This document shows, in pieces, positions 40,254-51,934 of a stretch of 64,000 bases of DNA. The first letter of the stretch is position 1. Every line of letters begins with the position of its first letter. The DNA comes from Vermamoeba vermiformis (Eukaryota): NCBI GenBank assembly GCA_045837725.1, contig JBEWZL010000084.1, forward strand, positions 248,001 to 312,000, read 5' to 3'. The notes beneath the pieces are model-generated. The model saw nothing but the letters and a program-made list of their open reading frames with translations. It did no database searches and was not told the origin of the DNA. The position numbers and the translations under genes were made by a program.

Positions 40254-43200
40254 ATGAGCACGGAACACGAGGATTCGGAAGTAAACTTACCAGTGGTACG
40301 TCAATTTCACTTCAGAAAATAATAACAAATCTGAATTTCTCCTAGTTAATTAACTGGTCTTGTATTCATATATAATGTCGATTAATAATATTGTACAGGA
40401 AAATGTTCTTTTGCCCGTTGCAGGAGAGCCCCAAAAGAAGATTCCGGCCGAAATTAATTATGACGAAGACATTGCTCTCAAACCATTTTTAACAGGTAAA
40501 TTCTATTTGCAATAATAGTGATATAGTTATGATATGCATATTTTCGCCGATGGTAGCATTTTCATGATTACGGCCGACATCGGCATGTCACTGCCATAAT
40601 AATTTTAAATTTTATTATTCAGTTTATTTTATATTCTGTCACGTCCATAAATCAATGATATTAATAAAATCATGTAGAGAGGCTATTATGGGAGCTACGA
40701 GTCTTGGAATCGAAAAAAACGCCCGATCTAAAGCTCTGGTGTGTACCAATTCTTAATATACCAGTAAATACTAAAAACTAACATTAAATTAATAGGTTCG
40801 CTAGTATTAATGGCTGGTCTGAATCAGTTCACTTTTTGTTGTCAAATCCGGATGCCACCCAAAAACCCAATGTAAATTATTCTCAAGGGTAAGTTTATAA
40901 TAATATTTCGATTTTATCCAATGCATTGATATAATTTTCATATTATTAAGACTTAATTGTATGATTTATGTATGACAGACCGAATTTTTGAATTGGTGTA
41001 AATAGATCTCGTTTGAAATTGCTTATTTTAACACTTTATTTAGTGGTTATTCTTGTTTATATCGAGCAGCACAATATGCACATTCAGAAGTCGTCGAATT
41101 GTTATTGCGTCATGGTGCTGATGTTAATATGGCTGGCAGGTATGTCCCAACCATCTCATACTTGTTTAACGTTGAATAATATTTATAGTAATATTTAATA
41201 ATTGTATAATATAACTTTAATTCAATTATTTTCGATATTTCGCCGATCTGATGATAGACACGAATTAATTAATTTGATATTTTATTGTGGCTTGGTCATA
41301 CGGCTATTATAATTATTAGTTATACATCATATATATTACTGGCATAATGTTGTAGTACTTACCATTCATATTAATATGATCTTGTAGCGATGGATCTACA
41401 CCGCTGTACATCTCCGCTCAAGAAGGACATTTTGAAGTCGTAAAAGTGTTACTGAAGTACAATGCAAAAGCACACGCGCCATTTAGTGCAGGATACACAC
41501 CGCTATATATAGCCTCGCAAAAGGTACGAAATTGATCTAACTTTTAATTCGCCTAACGAAATATTCATTCAATGAAAAATGCAATTTAAACAAAATATCG
41601 ATTGATCGGAGAATAATTGCAATATTATAATCAATTACATGGATTTTGTGCAGTAATTGTCAAAATGGAATTTAATCCGAGCAAATGCCATGAAATTCCA
41701 AACCTATGATACAAATGTTATTCCGTGGTGTGCTCGATATTAATACCATTATTGTTATTTTATAGGGATATCAAGACATAGTGTCGCTATTATTGGATCA
41801 CGGAGCTAACGTGGACGCTGCGTGCAGCTCAGGATCTACACCTTTGTATATTGCTTCTCAGAAGGGATATTCCGAAGTACGTATTATAATCTAATATATT
41901 GCATCTATTATAATATTATATTTAAATACGAGCGATATAGATGATTAAATCGTCACGTGATAATTTCTCAATTCGAGTTGGATCGGATCTTTTCGGGTCC
42001 TAATATTTTTTCCTTTTTAGGTAGTCAAAGTGTTATTAAAGCGAGGAGCAGAGATCGAGGCCTTATTTAAAAATAACTGGACGCCATTATCAATAGCGGC
42101 TAGTAATGGTCACCACAAGATTGTCAAAATGCTCTTGAACTACGGCGCTAAAGCTGACGTTTGCGACTATACACCATTGTATAAAGCTTGTCAAAAGGGT
42201 CACTTAGAGGTAATTAATCTTTTCATAGCATATTCATATTAATCCCGAAACATGAAACCAAAGTTATACCCGAGTAGATCGACCTGATCTGATCCATTTT
42301 TTTGCAGGTGGTTAAAACTCTCGTTAAGCACGGTGCCAATATTCGAGCTACAGGCAAGGACGGCTCAACACCACTGTACATTTGCGCGCAAGAAGGACAC
42401 ACGGCCATTGTAAAATACTTAATCAAAGCTGCAGCCGACGTCAACGCGAAATGGAACAGCGGATACACGCCGCTATATATAGCCGCACAAAAAGGTCACA
42501 AAGAGATTGTTGCTCTGTTAATAGAACACGGGGCTGATATCGAGGCCGCATCCGACGTCGGATCGACCCCACTATATATTGCTGCTCAGAAAGGCAATAC
42601 AGAAGTCGTAGAATACCTAATAAGGAAAAAAGCGAATGTCGAAGCCAAGTTTAAGGTATGTCTTTGTTCTATATAATGCTTAAATGACTTATAATCGTGT
42701 TTTTAGGGCTGCTACACCCCATTGTATATTGCGTGTCAGAACGGGTGGTTGCCCATTGTAAAATTATTATTGAATGCTGGAGCCAATATTGAAGGTAAGA
42801 TAGAACATACATTCACATAATAAGAGTTATTTATCGTGTTGCAAATCAAGTTTTCAAACGGATCTAGTGAAAATTGTAAGGGTGGATCTGACGTTTTTTT
42901 TTGACAGCTCCATGCAGCCAAGGCTCGACCCCGTTGTATATAGCATGCCAGAAGGGTCACAAAGACGTCGTTGAGTACTTATTGCGCCGTGGAGCCAATC
43001 CGAATGCCAAGTTCAAGAACAAGTTCACACCGCTGAGTATCGCCACGCAACACAGACATCAAAACGTCGCGGCGTTGTTACGCGAGTACTTGGCCTTGCG
43101 AGCCTCAGACCCACTAAGCCCGAACAATTCGGCCTTGAATTGTTCCGGATCTACTGGTGCAATGTCGCAAGGGCCCGTTGTTGGATCTGCACCTGGGGAT

Positions 43201-43416
43201 CTGTCGGCACTCATGCACGGCTTGACACTGTCATCGAGCGAGAGTGGTGCGGAGAACCCTCCAATGAACGAAGGATTAAACAACAATAATGTAGATGATG
43301 ATAATAATATGGGAGCTCAAAATGTGAATAATGCTAGTACCAGCGGCGGATCTCGCAGCGGACGAAGACATCGAAATAATAATAACAATAACGGACCCGA
43401 TGATGGATACGCTTAG
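40254..43416 (+). CDS. Canonical ankyrin-repeat protein (about 13 repeats) with Asn-rich tail
   Basis: Repeated G(S/Y)TPLYIA(A/C)QKGHxxVVxxLLxxGA across GT-AG exons; frame continuous from ATG 40254. Confidence 0.9.
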
Positions 43417-43521
43417 TAATATTATAAGAGTAGTACTAAGCGGATTCAGAAAAAACATTAATTTGTTTGTAATTTATTTACTTGTAGTAAAAATGTTGTA
43501 ATTACACGAAATTTAAGTTTT

Positions 43522-43932
43522 CTATTCGAATTTAATAGAAGTTACATTAGTGGCAACGAGCACATTGACGTATTCAAGCGTCTTTTCTTTAATTAGCTGA
43601 GCATTTTCTTGCATGTACTTCTTGAATAAAGTCGGATTAAACGTCGCTAGTTGTTGGAATAAACTAGGAAATAACATGAATAATTTCAAATTGAATTGTT
43701 TTCGCGTGTCTTCTGGCGCATTTCTGAAAGGGTTATGGCCGTCTTTATAGACGATTGATAAAAGCAAATTGAGCTCTTCGACGGACGACAGTTTCGCTTT
43801 GCCTTCGCTAAATGACCGAGCAGCATATAATAATACAAATGCTGGTCTTGAGGAGTTTTGAAATGCGTCGTAAGTTTTTCCAAATGAAGAGTACTCTTCG
43901 TTTTGTGGAAATGGCAGCTTGTTAATGCTCAT
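43522..43932 (-). CDS. Hypothetical intronless protein (about 136 aa)
   Basis: Open ORF from ATG 43932 (MSINKLP) with protein-like composition; no recognisable domain. Confidence 0.55.
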   Translation of the reverse strand: MSINKLPFPQNEEYSSFGKTYDAFQNSSRPAFVLLYAARSFSEGKAKLSSVEELNLLLSIVYKDGHNPFRNAPEDTRKQFNLKLFMLFPSLFQQLATFNPTLFKKYMQENAQLIKEKTLEYVNVLVATNVTSIKFE

Positions 43933-44202
43933 GTTTCGTGACGAATAATCAATTTTGGAGGCGCTGAGGAACAATAACCGAACCAGAAGTCAGCGGAATC
44001 GAAGTAACAAACGAATTTTCTTGCGTCAACTTTCGAGCTGGCAAAATTTGCTATGAAAGTAAAGCGCATGCGAATTTCATCTTAAATATAGTATTTATAG
44101 CATTACTAAGATTCTGTCACCAATCCTATTATTATTATTCGAATAAAAACGTCCAAGTCACAATTGAGCGGTTTATATGCCGGTTAATTCAAAAATCATC
44201 CC

Positions 44203-45189
44203 TTAAATGTCATTTTCAGGTACGAATATTGTTGTGTTCGTGTATGCACCTCGAGGCAGTTGGCTTGCCATGACAACAAGTTGCCGAAACTGTTCACAAA
44301 AGTAATCAGCGACGTCAACGGTCTGATCCAATGGCCTGCCATATAATAGTGATATCACAGAGTAACATAAGGGGTAGTATTCTTCTTGTGATTCATCGCC
44401 GTTGTGTTTGTGAGTGAACAGATCGCACCACTGGTTTGTCGAGTAGCTCCATACTGAGGCTTTGAAGTAGTATGGATTTGTTACCAATGGCTTAATCTGA
44501 GTTCTGATGACAATAGGCGCTGCTGAGGGCCCAATGAATATGAACTCTAGTGACGCAGGTAGTCCTGCGAATGGATCTTCATTTCGTGGCTGCTGAGCAC
44601 GACGGCCACGAGTTAGCTGCCTCTCTTTTAGTCTCTTGATATATTCTAAGTGTCTGGCCTCTTCTTGCTCGTGCTGCGTGGTTGATCTGTCGTAAATTGT
44701 AACTTTTGAGCCAATTGCGTCTTCTTTGCTGGGATAGATTCGATCGATATTTACTGCGTTTGGTAGTAATGATACCCTATGATAGTATCTCGACTTCCAA
44801 GGTGATTTCGTGCTCAAAACCGGTTCTAGAAAGTCGCTGCATCCGGAAAATAACGATTTTTGACTTTCATTTTTTAATTCGCCAATTAATTCTTCATCAT
44901 TTTCGTTTTGTTGCAAATATTGCAATTCATCAGCAGTAATAAAATTACTCTTCCAGCGCCACACGTAAAGTTTCTGGTAGCTTACATCCAAACTAAAATT
45001 GGAAAAAGGCTTCGCCACCATATTTAATTGCGGAAGCGATTTCATATCGCAAAAATATTCAATGGATCTCCATATGTCCATAACACTGAGTGGTTGGACG
45101 TCGGTCGATTGATTCATAGATTCGTTTCCAGTACGGAGCTTTTTCGCAAGGGGCTGAGAAGGATTTTCGTCTTCAGTTTTTCTCTTCAT
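44203..45189 (-). CDS. Intronless hypothetical protein with bipartite NLS and degenerate F-box-like segment
   Basis: 328-aa ORF with MKRK...AKKLR and LSVMDIWRSIEYFCDMKSLPQLNMVAKPF. Confidence 0.7.
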   Translation of the reverse strand: MKRKTEDENPSQPLAKKLRTGNESMNQSTDVQPLSVMDIWRSIEYFCDMKSLPQLNMVAKPFSNFSLDVSYQKLYVWRWKSNFITADELQYLQQNENDEELIGELKNESQKSLFSGCSDFLEPVLSTKSPWKSRYYHRVSLLPNAVNIDRIYPSKEDAIGSKVTIYDRSTTQHEQEEARHLEYIKRLKERQLTRGRRAQQPRNEDPFAGLPASLEFIFIGPSAAPIVIRTQIKPLVTNPYYFKASVWSYSTNQWCDLFTHKHNGDESQEEYYPLCYSVISLLYGRPLDQTVDVADYFCEQFRQLVVMASQLPRGAYTNTTIFVPENDI

Positions 45190-45336
45190 TGTGTTATGAC
45201 AAAATGGTCGTGGGTTTACACGTTTTGGTGGTGATCTATCAAAAAAATAAGATTTTCTTCTAATTTATTTTCCTGTTCCTGAACGAACAACCTTTTCGGT
45301 CGAACAATTTATTCCTCTGACTTACAACGTTTAAAT

Positions 45337-46548
45337 TTACCATGCTAAAAGTACGACAAGTTGCGCCGTAATGATAGCCACTGCTAAAACTGCCTCAACA
45401 CATCTGACACTTCTGGCAGCCACCGAAACAATTTTGGCACTCGAGGTTGAAGCGTCAGGCGATCCGGTCGTGGTGGTAACAGGAGTTCCTTTTGGTGCAA
45501 TTGGGAAGGCAATTGGCGTTGTGACAGGACTGGCAACAGGCGGGGCCTTGGGTGCGGTGACTGGAACTGCAACGGGACTGGCAACTGGTGTAGCGACGGG
45601 AGGTGCTTTGGGCACTGTTACGGGAGCGGCTATTGGTGCTGCCACCGGAGTGGCCTTTGGAGCTGCAACAGGTGTAGCGATTGGCACGGCGACTGGAGGA
45701 GCCTTAGGAGCTGTAACAGGAGCAGCGACTGGTGCTGCAATAGGAGAGGACACTGGTACTGCTACTGGGGTGGCCTTTGGAGCTGCCACAGGTGTAGCGA
45801 TTGGAACCGCAACGGGAGGTGCTTTCGGAGCTGTAACAGGGGCAACGACAGGCGTCGCGACAGGAGTGGCTTTAGGTGCTGCAACGGGAACGGCGACAGG
45901 AGGCGCCTTCGGAGCTGTGACAGGAGCTGTGACCGGTGTGGCAACAGGAGGAGCCTTTGGAGTTGTGACAGGAGTGGCGAGGGGAGCAGCGACGGGAGGT
46001 GCCTTTGGAGCAGCGACAGGAGCTGCGGTAGGAGTTGCGGGGATTGGTGGCAGTGTATGTGGAGTTGCAGTATAAGGACAAGCAATGCAGTTAGTATCTC
46101 CTTGCGCTGCGTATTCACCTGAAGTGACTCGAGCAGCACAATCGTTGTAGCAGAGCTGACAGCACGAATAACATTTCTTTTGTTCAGGAGGGGACAGCGG
46201 GGCTATTGTTCGCTTGCAGTCAGTGTCGCTAGTACACGATTGAAGGACCATGCATGGGTAAGTATAGTCAACATTTTCGAAGCCTCCCCAGCCTTGACAA
46301 AAACTCGTGAGATCCAGATTTCGTTTTGGACAGAGTAGTTGCCAAGTGTTGAACACCTGCGAGGCACAAGCAGTGATTGAAACATCTACTGGTCCATATG
46401 CACAGACTTTTGCAGGAATGGCGTACGTGTTGGCAGTTGAATTACCGCACAGGGAATTACGGATCCCGGTTGTTGGTTGACACGTTCGATCTGCTGCTAT
46501 AACTGCACTAATAAATAGTAGCGTGACTAATAATACTATTTCGCGCAT
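45337..46548 (-). CDS. Secreted Cys-rich domain plus Pro/Ala/Thr/Val/Lys mucin-like stalk and probable GPI-anchor signal
   Basis: Signal peptide MREIVLLVTLLFISAVIA, a Cys-rich N-domain, APKAPPVA/TPVA repeats, then SSA and a hydrophobic C-terminus. Confidence 0.82.
   Translation of the reverse strand: MREIVLLVTLLFISAVIAADRTCQPTTGIRNSLCGNSTANTYAIPAKVCAYGPVDVSITACASQVFNTWQLLCPKRNLDLTSFCQGWGGFENVDYTYPCMVLQSCTSDTDCKRTIAPLSPPEQKKCYSCCQLCYNDCAARVTSGEYAAQGDTNCIACPYTATPHTLPPIPATPTAAPVAAPKAPPVAAPLATPVTTPKAPPVATPVTAPVTAPKAPPVAVPVAAPKATPVATPVVAPVTAPKAPPVAVPIATPVAAPKATPVAVPVSSPIAAPVAAPVTAPKAPPVAVPIATPVAAPKATPVAAPIAAPVTVPKAPPVATPVASPVAVPVTAPKAPPVASPVTTPIAFPIAPKGTPVTTTTGSPDASTSSAKIVSVAARSVRCVEAVLAVAIITAQLVVLLAW
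45470..46035 (-). repeat. Coding tandem repeat of 12-bp (tetrapeptide xP[V/I/K]x) units
   Basis: Repeated APVA/TPVT/APKA/PPVA peptides with synonymous divergence. Confidence 0.85.
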
Positions 46549-47075
46549 ATTTGTATCTTGATTCGTGGTGATAGCGACGGATCCTGAAACTACACTGATT
46601 TTACCTGAACTGTCCCAGTTTTTAGCCACCTGCAACCGAATCTTCACCGTCTCATTCGAAAATCAACCTGTAGATTTTGTGTACTATTAGACAACAGACT
46701 AACCAATGACGGGTAATTTACCTTGAAATTGGTATCAGATCTTGCTGGCAGATCTTTGTTCGTCTTTGAACGGTTTGTGCGCGTGGAAACTCGTGCCTTG
46801 GAGTTATCACAGGCCTCGGCTAATTGATATCGACCTTAGACTTTTTGTGACGAGACTTGTGTCGCACATTTGAAGCATGACATGGGCAATTGGAGCACAA
46901 AATCTCGCCTCGCATTCTTTAGTACGCTCTATGTTACTCTCGGGTTAGAAACACTTGTAATGTGGTGACAACTACATCAACGGCAATATTTGTGCATCTA
47001 GAATACTTTAACTTGAGATCTAAAACGGGGTTAACGGATGCGGATTCAGCAAAAACTTGAGAATAATTTATATAT

Positions 47076-48642
47076 CTATTCAATTTGATATCCTACATTA
47101 TAAATGCCCACGGAGTCGTTAGCAACGTCGTCATAATCGGCCCAATCCTCGTGCAATTCAACTTGAAATTTCTTCTCGCTCTTTACTCCTTGACAAGTCC
47201 ATCCATTAGCTGGTTGAAATTCAATGGGCACTGTTCCTCGGCATTCGAACACGATGACTGGAACGAATCTGCCAAAAAAGGTAAATTTAGGTTAATACGA
47301 TGTTGCGCTAGTAACGTATTTAAGAAATTAATATTAATGCAATTAATATTGGACAACTGTTGTGTGGTAATATAAAACTTTAATAACCAAAGACGTTTCG
47401 TTACTAAAAATAGAAGGATCTGGATCCCAATCCATTTATTCGAATGAAAATAATCGTAGGTGATAATAATGAACGATAATATTATAACAAAAGATAAAAA
47501 AAAAGACCGCGCGGTCTAACTCAACCCTCACAAGTATAGAACTCAGAAAAATTGGCCTATTTCTCAGCTAACCGACAGTCTTCCTGCTCAATGTCGCTAT
47601 TTAAACACCAAAACTTGTCTTTTGCGCTCAGTTATGGGAATCTGCAGCTATATCATACTTTTATGCGAGTATTATTAGGCTAATTACAAAATAAATAAAA
47701 TACTTTTAAAGTTTAAGGCGCGATCTAGATCCGTTTCGTAGTTATTGAGTTGTCATAGCTTTGAGGGATTATTTTTAAACATATTTAATTTATGTAACCA
47801 TATTTCTAATTATTAGCTGAATCTAAATGCTAAAAGTCATATTTACCGAACTCGCTGATCGGATCTTTGTAATAGATATTTGAATTTCGCTCATAAATTT
47901 TGCTAATATTTATAGACGCCCTAGTTTAATATATTCGCTAATATTTAGCCACAAGACTACCCACTAACATTTTAAATAATTTTTGAAAATTCAAAATTAT
48001 TAATTAATTGACTGCGCGACTTGGTATGGTCATTTAGTCTTCTCAAAACTACTAAAATTCATAATTATTAATTTTTACTTACTTTCCGTTATCTTCAGGA
48101 GTCAAAGCTCGGCAAGCTTTCGTCGAAACAACATCCACCGTCATATCTCGCTTGCAAAACTTGCACTTCATAATTAAATTGGCTAAAAAGGATTATTAAT
48201 ATGGGTTTAATAGGCAGCCAGGAATAAGGGCCCAACAGCTTCGTCGAGAAAATTTTTGAGCAGATTTGCAAAACTTACTAGTGCCTCGACCGTGAGGGTT
48301 TTCCAATTGCTCTTGACCATTCACATCGACAAAATTTTCTTTGACTTCATTACAGTGCGAGCACTTGAACTACGAAGACCACAGGGTTAATTGCTTCCGA
48401 CATCCAGAGAAAATTATCAGACCCAGTCCAAATACCTTAATTTTCCAACTACACAGTGCTTAATTAATATCGTATAAATATTTTATTACATATCTAATAT
48501 TTTTATGCTTACTCAATGCTGGCGTCGGGATGCAGATTGGTCACGTTCTCAAGATCTGCCTTCAGTGATAAAGTGAATTGAACCTGATAAGTAGAATTAA
48601 TATAAAATAATTGTAGCCTCATTATTGCAATTACATTACCAT
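47076..48642 (-). CDS. CZIB: CXXC motif-containing zinc-binding protein (DUF866/C1orf123 family)
   Basis: ATG-only exon 48640-48642, then VQFTLSLKADLENVTNL. A 13-nt microexon, FKCSHCNE, GRGTTNLIMKCKFCKR, KFVPVIVFECRG and DWADYDDVANDSVGI. Confidence 0.9.
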
Positions 48643-48664
48643 TGTTGCCTGTGTTGTCTGTGAA

Positions 48665-49701
48665 GATAGTCGTTCGACTTCTGGGTAAGGTAAATTTTAC
48701 CTGGTTTTTTTTTTCCTACCGACTTTTCGGGTAGGAAACGGATAATTTACCTTTCCCTTAGGTTAAGGTAAATTTACCTCCAATTGCCAATCTATGATGT
48801 AAAGCTGACTATAAAGAAGTAACATTGGCCACGCTTCTTGGATAAGTATATCAAAAGGTTTTATTTAGGTGACAAGTCCTGGATTGCCTTCGAAAGCTGA
48901 ATCTGTTGCGACCCTTCTCCAATTAATCTCTCTATATTCAATATTTCAGCCATTTTGAATTTATTAGACTATTGCATTTGTCGATTTATTTGTATTTGGA
49001 ACCGATAGCTTGTAGTGAGGTCTTCTCTAGAGAAGCGATTTTATTTCCTCGATCGAAACCTCGGGAACAGCACTGTGGTGTCGGTTAGTATTAATTAGCC
49101 CTATTGAAACATTACTTACGTGGGGGAGTTATTCATCGTATTACAATTTGTGCAATCCTCGCGGTTCAGTCGCTCGATCAGCTTTTTCAGCAACTCGAAT
49201 TCTGTTCGCATTATCTTTTTGTGGACAATAACCTGTTCTTTGACCGCACTAGCAAGTTCTTATTCGAGGCGCTACTTGCTCAAGTTGATCTTGCAATCCA
49301 ATCCGCCAATTGGAACGAACAATTTTGTAAAGCCTCAACAAATTTAGTATTCAGCTTGGCCGTGATCTTTTCGACCTGCAGGAATATTAAACCTTCAATA
49401 AGAGTTGTTTACTAATTGACGGGTATTTGATAAGCAACGTACGTTGCTTCGCCGATAATTGGAATTGTAATTATTAATTAAATTGACTCCACTATTAATT
49501 ATTAATTTGAGCCCCAATGGATTTAACATTGTGGATTGGTTCAACACCCAAGCATATTGCCCGTAAGAGGAAGGCTACACACTGGTAATTTACCAATTTA
49601 CCTTGGTAAATATAACCTGGTTTTGGTTACCTTCCGACTTTTCAGGTAGGTAAATAAAAAAGAAGGTAAAATTTACCTTACCCGAAAGTCGAACGACTAT
49701 C
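48665..49701. mobile_element. Non-autonomous TIR DNA transposon (1,037 bp) with 8-bp target-site duplication
   Basis: Left end GATAGTCGTTCGACTTCTGGGTAAGGTAAATTTTACCT matches the reverse complement of the right end at 36/38 positions. TSD TCTGTGAA at 48657-48664 and 49702-49709. No transposase ORF. Confidence 0.93.
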
Positions 49702-49814
49702 TCTGTGAAAAAAAGTGAATGGTTTAGCCAAGAGCAAAATTTATTTCCTCCAAACGAGCCCGATTGGCAAATACACCGAGCTGTTTATTGACTATGCTAC
49801 GGAGTGTATAATCA

Positions 49815-51934
49815 ATGAGTTCTTATGTTATTCAATACTCGGGCAGTCAAAATTATGACGCCGAAAAGCTGCATCAGCCCAAAAAATCTCTTAGCTCTGT
49901 CGGGCTAATCTTCATGGTATTTTTTGCGGTATCTGGTGGTGCATTTGGACTGGAAGATGGCCTTGGTAAAGGTAATTTGCGTAATTTTGCGTAATAAAAA
50001 TACGAAATTAGTGAATTATTTTGCGAAACGTTCAGATCTGTTTAGATCGTCACAATAACTTTGATTTTTTCTGGTAATAACAAATTAAATCATAATGAAT
50101 AGTATGATATGTGTGATTCGATTCAGCGTAGAAAAATCAAGCGAAAATTATGTCGGCTGCTGGAGATGCTGATCCTGCTTTACAGGCTACCCATTAATAT
50201 TTCTTATCACATTACTGGTTGTACCATGGATATGGTGCTTACCTAAGTAAGTATGGGCGATAATCACGCGACGGAGGGTTCCGATCGGAGCAAGATCCTA
50301 TTTCTACCGTTGATTTAATTATCCAACTTTACTAATATTATATGAATTTAGTGCGCTAATGAGCGCTGAATTGACGTCAGCAATGCCCGAGAACGGTGGC
50401 TATTTATTATGGATCGACAAATGTTTCGGTAGATTTTGGGCCGTTCAAGCAGGCTGGTGGAACGTTTGGTACGGCATATTAAATAATGCCCTATTGCCTA
50501 TCATGTTTGTGGATTATGTCGAAAACTTCAGCAGCACTGAAGTCCTCGAACGACATTGGTACCTGCCTTTCGTCATTCGCGTGGCTTTCATCGTATTCTG
50601 CCTATTGCTGAATATATTCGGCGTTCAAGTCGTAGAAAAGGCCACTATAGTATTTGGAATTATAGTACTGGCTCCGTTCTACGTCATGTTTTTCATGGGC
50701 GTGAAGGAAATCGATCCGCACGATTGGACGATATTACCTCCAAGCGTCAGCAACGTCAATTGGGGAGTATTCATTAGCGTAGTATTATGGAATACAAGCG
50801 GTAAGACGAACAAACGCCATCCCACGATTTCTTGCTCACTTGCCTTTCTTTCTGGCATCTGCATCTGAAATTCAACAATTTTTGTAATAATCATATAATT
50901 GCATTAGGTTGGGACAATATGTCGCTTTTATCAGGAGAAATGAATCCAGCTACTTCAAAGAAGAAGTACATCAAGTTGTTGATTATCGTAATCGTCTTGG
51001 TGATCACTAATTACCTCATGTCATTCCTCGTTGGCATGAGTGTCGCTAAGCCATACGATTTATGGACCGAAGGATATTTTTTGAAAGTTGCTAAAATTGT
51101 TGGTGGACTCGGATTGCAGTACGTAATTTCAATTTTAAAAAACGAACGGATCAGGTCATATTTCAATTGATAGAGTTAATATTATTACACGTGATGAAAG
51201 ATTTGCTAATAAGACTCGTTTTAATTAGAATTATGATGCTGGCAGGTGCATTGACGACATCGCTCAGTGCGTACATTTTGAACACGTGCTTTGGCGCACA
51301 ATCAATTTCTAGCATGGCCGAGCCTGATATGATAGAGTAGGTGCCTAGTACTACTTAAATTTTGTTTCGTATTTCAAATTTCTTTCGAAAGTATCGCAAA
51401 AAGTTATCGCCAAGTAGCATGTTGTCATCGATTCAAAATTTAATTCTATTGATTTCAAGTGTCCGTTGTAGGGTTATCGAGGCTAACATTATTTATAGTA
51501 TTCCATTCTTTACTTGGAAATCACGCTGGAACACGCCTTGGGTCTCGATCTTGTTCTTTACCTTACCTGGTCTCGCGCTCATGCTTTTACCCGAGTTCTC
51601 AGTCGTGTTGCAACTCTCGCAAACATTAGCCGTGATGAGAGTGTTGCTAGAGCAGATTGCGTTGATCGTTCTGCGGTTTACGCATCCACAAATGGAAAGA
51701 CCTTTCAAGATCGGCTTGAACAACACGCTGCTGATTTTGGCCTTTACGCCTGCAATACTTATTTGTCTAATTTTCTTCTATTTTGCCTTCACTGAATCGC
51801 TTTTCAACGTCATTTGCACAGCTGGTGTAGTAGCTTTAGGATGCTGCTTTTATTTTGTACGCTGGGCTTTTGGACTGCGACGGAGGCATGAATCAAAGGA
51901 AGAGGAGGAAGAGCGTAAAGGACTATTAAATTAA
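49815..51934 (+). CDS. APC-superfamily amino acid/polyamine permease (PUT/LAT-like)
   Basis: FFAVSGGAFGLED, WCLPNALMSAELTSAMPENGGYLLW, LWNTSGWDNMSLLSGEM, TPWVSIL and LRFTHPQMERPFKI, with many TM segments. Confidence 0.9.

Noticed and set aside
45371-46075. 234-aa Gly/Ala/Thr/Val-rich plus-strand ORF
   Set aside because: Antisense shadow of the Pro/Ala/Thr repeat gene on the minus strand.
47617-47655. U4 snRNA-like 5' words (CTTTTGCGCT...GCAGCTA)
   Set aside because: No stem I region or Sm site at the expected downstream distance on that strand.
49104-49415. 103-aa plus-strand ORF in the transposon as a transposase
   Set aside because: Non-ATG start, no DDE or zinc-finger motifs, and too short.
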